A stretch of DNA of 64,000 nt from Mobula hypostoma (lineage: Eukaryota): assembly GCF_963921235.1 (NCBI RefSeq), contig NC_086097.1, positions 65,908,001 to 65,972,000 on the forward strand, in the 5' to 3' direction. How positions within the stretch are numbered: position 1 is the first letter of the stretch; each line of letters starts with the position of its first letter. Below are positions 23,344 to 36,200 of this stretch, piece by piece. The notes below the pieces were generated by a model. It was not told where the DNA came from. It saw nothing but the letters and a program-made list of their open reading frames with translations, and ran no database searches. The position numbers and the translations under genes were made by a program.

Positions 23344-23470
23344 CGGGTCTCGGCCTGAAACGTCGACTGTACCTCTTCCTAGAGATGCTGCCTGGCCTGC
23401 TGCGTTCACCAGCAACTTTGATGTGTGTTGCTTGAATTTCCAGCATCTGCAGAATTCCTGTTGTTTGGTT
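23344..23470 (+). mobile_element. Short Penelope pLTR insertion truncated inside the hammerhead
   Basis: Near-identical to the reverse complement of 13307-13423; perfect 16-bp TSD GTTATAAACAGAATCT (23328-23343, 23471-23486). Confidence 0.9.
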
Positions 23471-24210
23471 GTTATAAACAGAATCTGTTTCCTTTCTTCA
23501 GCTTGTGCAGTTAGTATTGATCAGCCTGAAATATAACAAAGTGTGAATTATCATTCAGAAAGGTGAACTTTTATATTGCCCCTGTGTTAGTTTCATTAAA
23601 AATGTAAAACAGTGCAGATGTTTCTGCCATGTAAAATGTTAACACTGTTTGCTGTTGTTATGGTCTGTCTGTGAGTAAATGTTCTACATATTTGTCATGG
23701 AAGAAATTTGAATTGTGTCTTAGTTGCTGGATGATTTACACCATTCCATCATTGCTCCTGTGAGACACCCACTGTCAATCCGATAAGTTATTAATTGTAC
23801 ATGTTAAAATGTATGAAACTCACTCAGTGCTTCATTCTCCCTGCTGTTTGTTAAAATATTAGGCAGCTATTCATTAGAGCTAATACATTTTACTTCAGTT
23901 GCAAGCTATAAGTTTAAGTTTGTAACCTAAACATTTCAAACTGTAAATTATATGAACATTTCTATTGAAGAGAACACATGAGCAAAGGTAATGCAAACAC
24001 CTGGTAAATGGTAATGCTGGTAACAAGCCCCTGCTGAGCTGGTTTTCATCCCAATTGTCAATTGACAAAAGTCCCATTTTTCGCCATTTGATAATTCACG
24101 CAACCACTCCATCCAATCAAATAAGCATTTGTACTCCCCTTACCATTTTTCCCTCTCTCCTACAACTCATGGACTCAATTTCAACTACTCTACAGCTCAT
24201 GTTCTTAGTA

Positions 24211-25118
24211 CAGGTGTCCCCCGATTTTTGAACGTTCACTTTACGAAACCTCACTGTTACGAAAGACCTACATTAGTACCCTATTTTCGCTAACAGAGGG
24301 TGTTTTCACTGTTACGAAAAAAGCAGTGCGTGAAAAAAGCAGCGCGCGAAAAAAATCAGCACGCGATAAAAGGCAGCGCGTGCCCCAAGCAGCTGCTCTC
24401 CCCCGGATTCGGAACTGCAATCTCGCCGGCATTGTTTAAACACATGCCTGTGAGCTGCCGTTTGCAAGATGAACTCTATGGTATCGGAAAAGTCTGAAAG
24501 AGCTCGTAAGGGTGTTAACACTTAGCGTAAAACTAGACATAATTAAGCATTTTGATCGTGGTGAACGAAGTAAGGACTAAGTGAGTTTGGCTTGTGGAAG
24601 CCGACGAAGATGATGTTGAAGAGGTTTTGGCATCCCATGACCAAGAACTGATAGATGAGGAGCTGATGCAATTGGAAAGGATAACAATCGAAACCGAATG
24701 AGTAATGATAAAGTACAACTATAATTTTGAAAGGGTACATCAGCTTAGGGGATATTTGCAGGATGGTTTGAGTGCTTACATAGAACTGTATGATAAAAAA
24801 TGCGCAAGGCTCAGCAGTCAAGCAAGCCTTCCACATCAGCCACACCAGATGACGAACCTCGACCTTCGACATCAAGGCGGGCAGTCATAGGAGAAGATGA
24901 GCTGCCTGCTCTAATGGAAACAGATGACGAGATGACACCCCAGTGACCCACCACCCCAACACCCAAGCCGCGGACAGATACCGATTCGCGGAGAATGCAG
25001 CAGTAGCCGGGAGACACACAGCACATCTTCAAGAAAAAAGCCGAAATAAACATGCTAATTAATTAGGTGCCGCCCGACACGTAATTGTCGGCCCAGATCA
25101 GAGGCGATGCAATCAGCA
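24211..25118 (+). mobile_element. Tigger/pogo-type non-autonomous DNA transposon, right end missing
   Basis: TA|CAGGTGTCCCCCG terminus; remnants RKGVTLSVKLDIIK.FDRGE and EDDVEEVLASHDQELIDEEL; same family as 29830-31315. Confidence 0.8.
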
Positions 25119-26329
25119 ATTTTCTTTAAACTTAGAGTTATTCCCTCATTTGCCAAAATGATGGCTGATGGTCAGTGGGTTAAGTAAGCTGCTAAGTACA
25201 TTAAATATGCAGTCCACATATGACATGAGAACTGGATAAGACACCAGGACTTAAGTACAGTGATCTTGGTGGATTTGTAGGTTTGATTCAATCACAAAGA
25301 AATGGAAAGTTGAGACTGAGGAGGAATGTTAATACAAGGATAGCAAAATGAGCAGCAACAAAAGAATACTTCCAAATTCAGAATTTGCTGGTCCCGAGCC
25401 TACATAATCTGCAAGCATGGAGGTAGTAGGAGATGAGCATTGGAGTTTGGGAAGTGTTCAGATCACTAGTTGGTGGAAATAAGAGGCCAACCAGAAGTCT
25501 ATTCTAATAGTCTTGAGATTATAAATAGTGTGAAAGTAGAAAACTAAAATAGAGAGGTTCATGTCAAATTACTAATTCTTTGTTGATTGTAAACACAAAG
25601 ACTAGATCAGCACAATGTGAAGAGAAATATGGTTTCATTGGCAAAACTGGATTACCGTGCTTAATTACACTAGCTACATAGCATGCACACAGGTAGACAA
25701 AAATTCGGTTGTGCCGTAATGTTTATTTCAGAGCTGTTCAGTCAAAAATGAGCTTTTCTGGTGTGCTTCATTTCATCCTGGAAATTCAACTAGATGCTTT
25801 ACAGGAATTGCATTCTTGTATTTGATGCAAATACTACTTCACCTATTCACTAGATGATGTTTTTCCCCCATACAGAGATGCTTTTGACATTGCTAGGGAC
25901 ATAGGTCAATTTTGTCACTGAAGTAGCCTCTGTTTGCTACACTGAAGCCAATTCGGTTTAAATAGTACCACTCTGACCATCAAAGAATGTTCCACTATCT
26001 GTTCTTTCGTATACTGTGCAAGAACAGAAAAAAAGGTATCTAATGACAATTTGGGCATAGATGTGACCCCACCTAACTTTGCTGCAAGGGATAGCAACTG
26101 AATTCATTGTCAGCATGCTGAAGAATTAACTGGTGCCTTGTTTTCCATAATGTACCTTAGTTCCTTTACACAGCGCTTCGTCAGTTTCACAGTGTATTGA
26201 TGGCAAGCACTGCCATTTCTTGAGAAGTTAAAATCATGAATTTCAAGTCCTGTTCTTGAATTATTTTCAGTTTATATGCTCAAATTGGCTTTAATTTTTC
26301 TTTATAGTCTTTCTGTGTTAAATAACAGT

Positions 26330-27372
26330 TTTATCAACAAGCTTCAAAACTTGGCCTTCTGTACCTCCCTCTGCAAGTAGATCCATGGCTTCCTCATGGA
26401 TCTAATTGCAAATTAATAATAACATCTCTTCATCACTGATAATCAACACAGGCACACCTCAAGGATGCGTGTTTAGCCCACTGCTGCACTCTGAATAAAC
26501 TCATGACTGTAAACACAGCTCTCAGACACCATCTATAAATTCAGCAATGACACCATTGTTGTTGGCAGAATCTCAGATGGCATGAGGAAGTGTACAGCAA
26601 GGAGATAGATTGGCCGGTTAAGTGCTGTCATAACAACATTCTTGCACTCAGTATCAGCAAGACCAAGGAATTGACTGTGGACTTCAAGAAGGACAAGTTG
26701 GGAGAACACACACCAGTCCTGATCGATGGGACAACGGTGGAAAGGGTGAACAGTTTCAAATTCCTGGGCATCAGCACCTCAGAGGATCTATCCTGGGCTA
26801 AACACATAGGTGCAATCACGAAGAAGGCATGCCAGCAGCTTTCCGTCATGAGGAGTTTAAGGAGATTTAGAATGTCACCAAAGACTCTTTGCAAATTTCT
26901 ACGAATATATGGTGGGAAGCAGTCTGACAGGTTACATCACCTTTTAGTATGAAAGTTCCAATGCACAGGATCAAAAGAGGCTGCAGAGGAATGTATACTT
27001 AGCCAACTCTATCACAGGCACAGCCCTCCCTATCATCGATGGCATCTTCAAATGGCGGTGCCTGAGGAAGGCACATCATCATTAAGAAACCTCACTATCT
27101 GATATATGCCCTCTTCTCACTACTAAAATTGGGGAGAAAGTATAGGAGTCTGGTGACCCACATTAAACATTTTGGGAAAAGATTCTTATCCTACGCCATC
27201 AGATTTCTGAATGGTCCAGAAACCCACAAGCATGACTTTGCCATTCCCCTTTTGCACTTTTTATTTATTCATTTATTGTAACTTGTAGTAATATTTATAT
27301 CTTCCACTGCACAGTGAACACAAAATTGCACAACATACCATATGTTAGTGTTAATAAACCTGAGTCTGATTC
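26330..27372 (+). mobile_element. Rex1/Babar-type LINE 3' part
   Basis: SKTKELTVDFKK..VERVNSFKFLGI..EDLSW; tail AATAAACCTGAGTCTGATT. Confidence 0.85.
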
Positions 27373-27739
27373 GATGTGGCTGTGACGGAGAGCACTCTGT
27401 AAATGCTCTTCTTACTCACATACATTCACTCACACACAAACATTGCCTTGTCAGTGTCTGTATGTACTTCATTGTCTTCCCTGATATATTACCATAATTA
27501 ATCCACTGTTTTCTCTCACATTGCTACATACATTCAGAGTCAGAAACCAAAGTTTAGTCTAATTTCATTCTTTATTTGTGCTTAAATGTAAGTGTCGATT
27601 GTGATGAGCTTTCTGCTGTTTCACACTGTCGTTTCCTGGCAGTCACATGGTGTCCATTGGGTCCTAAACTGAGCTGATGCACTTGGGTTGGCTTTATGGT
27701 GCCTTTCCCGTCAAACACGGTGGAATATTCCATTTCTTT

Positions 27740-28139
27740 AGTAATGGGGATGTGTATATGTTGTTTCTATATTGTACTTAATGTAGATACTAACATTTAT
27801 TTTGAAATATGATTGTAACTACTATGTGGGGTGCATCAAATTAACTTTGGTATTTAAAAATGGTATGTCCTAGTACCAAAAAAAGGCTCTTTGTCTTCAG
27901 TAGGAGAGAGGGATAGGGGCTGCCAGGAGTTCACACTGAACAAGAATAAATACAATGCTATTATTGTGTTTTGTTGTACATATCATTTTGTAAATATTAG
28001 CATTTTTTCTTTTCAGTATTGCCACTAATTTTTGCCACTAACTAAGTTTTGATTTTGACTCACCTAATAAACACCCTAATAAGCACCTAATAAGCAACTC
28101 CAGCACTTTTATCTTTGATCATAATCCATGTTTCTAACA
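27740..28139 (+). repeat. Probable 5' LTR of the Gypsy element (left boundary uncertain, may start near 27381)
   Basis: Ends ..CTAACA two nucleotides before the PBS; AATAAA near 28066. Confidence 0.5.
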
Positions 28140-28141
28140 TA

Positions 28142-28159
28142 TGGTGGCAGCTGTGGGAT
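28142..28159 (+). other. Primer binding site, tRNA-Leu (AAG/TAG type)
   Basis: TGGTGGCAGCTGTGGGAT, 17/18 match to the complement of the tRNA-Leu 3' end as recalled. Confidence 0.8.
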
Positions 28160-29259
28160 GGTCAGTTGCAAAGGGGTGCATTTAACTCGGAGAAGAGTGG
28201 GATTGCAGTCCCAAGTCAGGAAATCACTGAGGCTAAAAATAAAGCAAATGCCTGGTAAACAGTGGAGACTTCAGAGGAGGAAAAACTTCAGCCCAGGACA
28301 AACTCAAGCCAGAAGCAGAAGGGCCTTCAGGTGGCACCACCTCCAAATCCTCCCTGGCAAATGCATTCAGAGACTTTTTGTCTGCAAAGTAAAGGAGAGA
28401 TGATGTTTTAGAAAGGACCTCCAAACCCTGTGGAGGTCTGCTGAGGCTATCACCCAGCCTGTGTCACCTGCCTTCTCATCTGACCAACCCTTCAACACCC
28501 ACTGCTCTGCTACAGTAGGGTCCCAAGATGCCTTCTCATCAACGAGGTGATAATATTGGGAACTATCTCCTCAAGTTCAAGAGGATGGCCTGGATATGGC
28601 AATGGCCAGAGGAGGATTGGGCCTGCCAGCTGATGCCTCTGCTAGTGGGTAAAGCTTTTGAAGCCTACGAGGCAATGGATGAAGAGAGGTCCAACAACTA
28701 TCCTGACCTGAAGAAGGCACTGCTGAATAAATTTGATATCTCACCAGAAACCTATCACCAACACTTCTGTTCGAGTACTCCACCACTAGGGGAGTCACCC
28801 ACTGAGACATATCATCACCTGCAGTGTCTCTACCACTGATGGATTTGACCAGAGTAGAAGTCCAAGGAGGAGCTTGGTGAGGCCATTATTCTTGAGCAGC
28901 TGCTGCAGGTTCTTCCTCCAGACACCAGAACATGGGTCCAAGATCAAAAGCCAGCAGATGGGCTCACTGTGGCCCAACTTGCCCGGCAGTACCTCAGTGC
29001 CCACAAGGGGGGCGTCATGATGGCCATCATTCTGAAGCAACAGAGACTCTAACCTTCCCAGGGACTCTTAGCACAACTCTGTGGAGGTGAGTCGGGGGGT
29101 GGGGGGGGATGGAGAAAAGAGGGCAAAGAACCTTTGGTAGTTTCTTCTAAGACTTTTGTTTGCTACTATTACCCGCAGCCCAGTCAGTCATAAGTCCTCT
29201 GTGTCCTCTTAAAAAGCCCTAATTGTCAGATACGTGCTAAGCACCAAGAGAGGGATAAT

Positions 29260-29283
29260 ATGATGATGATGATGATGATGATG
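29260..29283. repeat. (GAT)n microsatellite
   Basis: atgatgatgatgatgatgatgatg. Confidence 0.9.
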
Positions 29284-29829
29284 GTAAGAACTGTAATGAT
29301 TGTGAGTATAGTAATGGAGAACAAGCGGAATGTGAGGAGAAGGAGCCTGTGTTTATTATTGTCAAAGTTAATGGAAAACCTGGTAAAGCTCTTTTAGATT
29401 CTGGTAACTCAGTGTCATTTATTACAAAAAGTCATGCCACAAGTAGGTTGCCACAATCTTTTTATGAAGCTTCTATTTCGCTTATTCTTAAAAAGAATAA
29501 GAACCCTACCGAATGCTCTTTATACAGACCAATCTCTTTACTTAATGGTGATACTAAAATCCTATCCAAAGTTCTGGCCCTTCGAATTGAAAATATTTTT
29601 CCATCTATCATTTTTGATGACCAGACAGGATTTATTAAAAATCGATACTCCTACTTTAATCTTCGTCGTTTATTAAATGTTATTTATTCCCCTTCTAAGG
29701 AGATATCGGAGTGTGTGATTTCTTTGGATGCTGAGAAGGCTTTTGATCAGGTTGAATGGAATTATTTATTTAGAGCTTTTGAAAAATTAATTTTGGGCCT
29801 GATTTTATTCAATTGATTAAATTACTTTA

Positions 29830-31315
29830 CAGGTGTCCCCCGCTGTTACGAAAGACCTATATTAGTACCCTGTTTTCGCTTTCAGAAGGTGTTTCCACTG
29901 TTACGAAAAAAATCAGCGCGCGATAAAAGGCAGCACGTGCCCCAAACAGCCACTCTCCCCTGGATTCAGAACTGCATTCTAGCCGGCATTGCTTAAACAC
30001 GTGCCTGTGAGCAGCCGTTTGCAAGATGAGTTCTGAGGTATTGGAAAAGCCTGAAAGAGCTCGTAAGGGTGTTACACTTAGCGTAAAACTAGACATAATT
30101 AAGCGTTTCGATCGTGGTGAACGAAGTAAGGACAACGTGAGTTTGGCTTGTAGAAGCTGACGAAGATGATGTTGAAGAGGTTTTGGCATCCCATGACCAA
30201 GAACTGATTGATGAAGAGCTGATGCAATTGGAAGAGGAAAGGATAACAATCGAAACCGAATTCAGTAGCGAAATGAACATGAAGCAACTGTGTGAGATTT
30301 TCACTGCAATGGTAAAGTACGACTTTAATTTTGAAAGGGTACGTAGGTTTAGGGGATATTTGCAGGATGGTTTGAGTGCTTACAAAGAACTGTATGATAG
30401 AAAAATTCGCGAGGCTCAGCAGTCAAGCAATCCTTCCACATCAGCCACAGCAGACGATGAACTTCGACCTTCAACATCGAGGCAGGCAGTCATAGGAGAA
30501 GATGAGCCGCCTACTCTAATGGAAACAGACGACGACGAGATGACACCCCAGTGTCCCACCATCCCAACACCCAGGCCCCAGACAGATACCGATTCGCGGA
30601 GAATGCAGCGGTAGCCGGGACGCACCCAGCACATCTTTAAGAAAAAAGCCAAAATAAACAAGCTAATTAATTAGGTGCTGCCCGACAATTACCTGTCGGG
30701 CGGCACCTAATTAATTAGCATGTTTATTTCGGCTTTTTCCTCAAAGATGTGCTGTGTGCCTTCTGGCTACCGCTGCATGCTTCGCAGCAATGTATCGGTT
30801 GGCGGCCTGGAGGGTGGGGGCCACTGCACCACCCCAACCTGCAACGACTCAGTCTAACACACCATCATCAGTGTGCTTTGCGCTGTCTTCCCAATTCCAA
30901 TAAGTGATACTACACTGTACATACATTATTTCTACTTTATATCGGCTGTGTATTTTTACGTGTTATTTGGTATGATTTGGCAGCTTCATAGCTTAAAGGT
31001 TACTGGAGAGAGTGTTTTTGCTGACGGCGCTTGCGTGAGATTTTCGCTTCGGAGAACAGTGCCGGCAATGATTGTGGAAAAGTGTTTCTACTTTATATAG
31101 GCTGTGTATTTATCATATCATTCCTGCTTTTACTAAATGTTACTGTTATTTTAGGTTTTATGTGTTATTTGGTATGATTTGGTAGGTTATTTTTCGGTCT
31201 GTGAACGCTCACAAAATTTTCCTATATAAATAAATGGTAATTGCTTCTTTGCTTTATGACATTCGGCTTATGAACCTCATAGAAACGCTTACCTTCGGAT
31301 GGTGAGGGAAACCTG
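29830..31315 (+). mobile_element. Tigger/pogo-type non-autonomous DNA transposon with both ends
   Basis: TA|CAGGTGTCCCC ... GGGAAACCTG|TA; transposase HTH and acidic C-terminal remnants; long internal palindrome. Confidence 0.85.
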
Positions 31316-32635
31316 TATCTATATCCTTCTGCTAGGGTTCTTACTAATTTTCAGTATTCCAAACCTTTTAAACTTCAACGTGGAACTAGACAAGGTTGTC
31401 CCCTGAGTGCTTTGCTCTTTGATTTGGCTTCAGAACCCTTAGTCATTGCTTTTCGAGAATCTAATGATATTTCTGGTATTCTAAGGAGAGGGAATGTTCA
31501 TCAAGTTTCATTTTATGCTGATGACCTATTGCTTTTTATTTCTTTTTTTGTAATTTATTTTTTATTGAAGTTCATCATCAAACAAACTTTCCATAAGATG
31601 TATTTCAGATACTGTACACATATATCATATAGTCATATTTGTCACAAATCAAATAATATTTATCTGAGCTATACACCTATAGAAAGGAGAGGAAAGAAAG
31701 AACAATCAAAAGAAGAAAACTATGTAAGTAGGGAGTGGTCTTTTTTTTACAACATATTCATTGACTTGTGATATTCATTGCCATAACACCATTAGTTTCA
31801 ACTTGATCATGGACAAGGATAGATCTGGTCCTAGGTTTGAGGTTCTTAACTGGAAGAAGGCCAAATTTGAAGAAATGAGAAAGGATCTAAAAAGCGTGGA
31901 TTGGGACAGGTTGTTCTCTGGCAAGGATGTGATCAGTAGGTGGGAAGCCTTCAAAGGAGAAATTTTGAGAGTGCAGAATTTGTATGTTCCTGTCAGGATT
32001 AAAGGCAAAGTGAATAGGAATAAGGATCCTTGGTTCTCAAGGGATATTGCAACTCTGATAAAGAAGAAGAGGGAGTTGTATGACATGTATAGGAAGCAGG
32101 GAGTAAATAAGGTGCTTGAGGAGTATAAAAAGTGCAAGAAAATACTTAAAAAAGAAATCAGGAGGGCTAAAAGAAGACATGAGGTTGCCTTGGCAGTCAA
32201 AGTGAAGGATAATCCAAAGAGCTTTTACAGGTATATTAAGAGCAAAAGGATTGTAAGGGATAAAATTGGTCCTCTTGAAGATCAGAGTGGTCGGCTATGT
32301 GCGGAACCAAAGGAAATGGGGGAGATCTTAAATAGGTTTTTAGCGTCTGTATTTACTAAGGAAACTGGCATGAAGTCTATGGAGTTAAGGGAAACAAGTA
32401 GTGAGATCATGGAAACTGTACAGATCAAAAAGGAGGAGGTCCTTGCTGTTTTGAGGAAAATTAAAGTGGATAAATCCCCGGGACCTGACAGGGTGTTCCC
32501 TTGGACCTTGAAGGAGACTAGTGTTGAAATTGCAGGGGCCCTGGCCGAAATATTTAAATGTCGCTGTCTACAGGTGAGGTGCCGGAGGATTGGAGAGTGG
32601 CTCATGTTGTTCCGTTGTTTTAAAAAAGGATCGAA

Positions 32636-32923
32636 GTCCTGAAGGAAAACAACATCAGATTCCAGACCCTGTATCCAGCTCGGCTGAGAGTCTTTTACGA
32701 CGAAGGGACAAAAACTTACGCTACGGTGGAGGAGGCAACGTCGGACCTGGCGGACCGGGGACTACCTATTAAAGTTATCACCCAACCGGAGTCGCTACTG
32801 GAGAGGATTCGGCAGAAGTCGTGGCAGTTAGTGGGGCGAGGACGCTCCACTCGAACCAGAGTGTCAAACTACAAGGAAAAGCTGCAAATATTCAGACGCG
32901 AATGTACAGAGAATACAGATTAA
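32636..32923 (+). pseudogene. L1 ORF1p C-terminal fragment
   Basis: VLKENNIRFQTLYPARLRVFYDEGTKTY.. (YPA.L motif of the ORF1p CTD), open to the stop at 32923. Confidence 0.8.
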
Positions 32924-33285
32924 TTAAGAGAAATGACTGAAAAGAGTAAATCGGACTTAAAAGTAAAATGAAAACTGGTAACTGAAAATAAACTAGGCGG
33001 AATAACTTGAATGATAGCAATATGGTCGAGACATAAATAGGAGAAAATTCTCTATGATTATTCAAACTGCTGAGGGCCCTCTAACACAGGGTGAAGATAG
33101 AGGTTATCCCTCTGAACTGAGGCGGGTCGGTGCTCAGGCCTCACTGTGGGAAGTCGGGAAAAATTTTCAAATGTTATACGTTCAGAAATGTCTAGGGTGT
33201 GGTTATATGTCTTGGTTTACTGTTGAGAAGGGATTGCTTACTGTTTGGTTAGAAAAGGAGAGTGCTTTTTTTCTACTAGAGAAAA

Positions 33286-36200
33286 ATGCAAACTGAATTG
33301 GTAAAAATAATTTCCTATAATGTTAATGGGGTTTTGAATCCAATTAAAAGAAATAAGATTATGTCTAAATTGAAAAAAGAGAGGGCACAAATAGCTTTCC
33401 TCCAGGAAACACATATGAGCCAATCTGAACATGGAAAATTAAAAAGAATGGGCTTTAAGCATGTATTTTATTCATCATATAAATTGAGTCACAAAAGAGG
33501 GCTAGCTACTTTAATATCAAGTACTCTTAATTATGAACATATTTCAGAGACTAGAGACAAAGAAGGACGGTTTGTAAAAATCACAGGAAGAATGGAAGGT
33601 ACAGAAATAACATTGCTGAATGTTTATGCTCCTCCAGGTAGTGAATGGTCATTTTATAGACACATTTTTGACCTAATGGTCAGTTCTCGAGGGGTAGTAA
33701 TTTGTGGAGGGGATTTTAATATTAGATTAAATCCTATATTAGATTCTTCAAGAATAGTTATTCAGAATAAACCTCTGACTCGGAAAGTGAATTCATTGAT
33801 GGAGGAGTTGGGAATTATAGATGTCTGGAGGGAATTACACCCTACTAGTAAAGATTATACATATTACTCTTTCCCTCATTCAGCCTATTCAAGGATAGAC
33901 TATTTCTTTATCTTTAATACAGATAGACTCAGGATAAAAAACTGTAATATTGCAATAATTGATCTGTCGGATCATAGCCCAGTCTCTATGTCTCTAATCC
34001 TGGAAAGGAAAATGAGGAAAACACTATGGAGGCTAAACTCACATATACTCAATAACCCGAAAGTAATGGAGAGATTAAGGGGAGAAATCAAAGAATATCT
34101 AGACCTTAATGACACGGGAGAAACATCACCAGTGATTTTATGGGATACCTTGAAAGCTGTACTGAGAGGGAAAATTATTTCCATTACTACTCACATGAAA
34201 AAAATCAATGCACAAAAATTAGCAGACCTTCAAGGAAAATTAAAACGACTTCAAGTTGTAGATAGCAACAAAAGTAATTCAAATCGAAAACAGGAAATTA
34301 GGAAATTGCAAAGTGAAATTGATGATATTTATACATTGGAAACTCAAAGAAATTTTCTTTACCTGAGACAAAAGAATTATGAAGTAGGAGGTAAATCAAC
34401 TAGATTATTAGCATATAAATTACGAAAACAACAAGCAGACAATACAATTCATAAAATAAAGAATCCAAAGACAAAGATTGTGGAGAGTACAATAGGGAAA
34501 ATTCAAGAGAGTTTTGAAACATATTATCGAGAGCTGTACTCCCAACCCCGGGCCCCCAATGAGCAGTGTATAGACAGTGTATTGAATTTTTTAGATCTAC
34601 CTAAACTTACAGATTTACAAAATGAAAGTTTATTAGAACCAGTAACTGTCAAAGAACTGAACGTGGCCATCTCCAGGTTAAAGGCTGGAAAGTCCCCGGG
34701 TTCTGATGGGTTTACCTCAGAGTGGTACAAGTCCCTGAAGACACAGTTAGCCCCATTACTACTTAACACCTTTAATTGGATCTTGCAGAGAGGAGAAACT
34801 CCACCTTCCTGGAGAGAAGCGATTATTTCAGTTATTCCTAAAGAGGGTAAAGATAAACTAGAATGTGGCAATTATCGGCCAATTAGTGTTCTTAATTTAG
34901 ATTACAAACTATTTACATCTATATTAGCGCGCAGATTGGAAAAGCTTTTACCTGGCCTAATCCATTTAGACCAGACTGGATTTATTCAACAAAGACAAAC
35001 ACAGGACAACATAAGGAGAACTCTGCACATATTAGAACAGGTTAATAAGAACGAGACAGAGACAATGGTAGTAGGATTGGACGCTGAGAAAGCTTTTGAT
35101 TCGGTTAGTTGGGCATTCCTATACAGAGTGTTAGGAAGATTCGGCTTTCAAGAAAGGTTTATTAAAGTAATTCAGACTCTATATGACAGCCCTACAGCCC
35201 GAATTAAGATAAATGGGGACCTCTCTGACTCCTTCATTTTAGAGAGAGGCACTAGACAGGGATGCCCAATTTCTCCTCTCCTTTTTGCGCTATATATTGA
35301 ACCACTTGCCCAACTAATAAGACAGAGCGAAATCGTAAAAAGTATCAAGGTGGCAGGGATTGAACAGAAAGTGGCGTTATTCGCAGATGATGTTTTGGTC
35401 TATCTGAGTGAACCAGAAAAATCATTTATAGGATTGTTTACACTGTTGGATGACTTTGGGAAAATATCAGGTTATAAAATAAATGTAAAGAAAACGCAGG
35501 TTATGTCCCTAAATTATACACCATCCAAAAAATTGCAGGATACATACGATCTTAAGTGGGAAGCTAAATCATTAAAATATTTAGGAATAACCCTGCCGAA
35601 GGATCTTTCAACACTGTCACAGGTAAATTATGGGCCATTAATCTCAGAGATAAAAGCAGATATGCATAGATGGAATCTTATCCCCTTGTTAAGTTTAAAT
35701 TCAAGGATAAATACTATAAAAATAAATATTCTTCCTCGGTTATTATATCTTTTCCGTACTTTACCAGTGGAGGTGGATGATAATCAATTCAGGGAATGGG
35801 ACAAATGGATTTCCCGCTTCATTTGGCAAGGAAGGAAACCCAGAATTCGATATAACACCTTACAGTTAGGGAAGGAAGGAGGAGGTATGGTTCTTCCTTG
35901 CCTGAGAAATTATTTTTATGCCTCACAGATAACCCCTCTGTTATATTGGTGTAATAGGGAATATAAGGCTAGATGGAAGGAAATAGAATTTGGATTAGTT
36001 GACAGTTTTCCTCTTCAGGCCTCAATAGCTGACAAAGGATTGATGGCCCAGTTGGAAAAATTTAATAATGCTTGGATAAATCTTACATTAAAAGTATGGC
36101 AGAAGGTGGTTAATTCATGTGGAATTAATAACATGTTAAAACTCTTTAGATGGTGTGCATATGATACCGAATTCCTTCCCAACAGAGGAGATAAAAGATT

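Noticed and set aside
25915..26097. 60-aa ORF as a host exon
   Set aside because: No convincing splice sites or motifs; may be an ancient LINE remnant
29349..29816. Protease-RT fusion ORF of 155 aa
   Set aside because: In-frame junction between the Gypsy protease and the inserted L1-A at the TSD
30183..30614. 143-aa acidic ORF as a host TIGD gene
   Set aside because: Lies within a TIR-bounded, internally deleted transposon with no DDE domain; the second copy is broken
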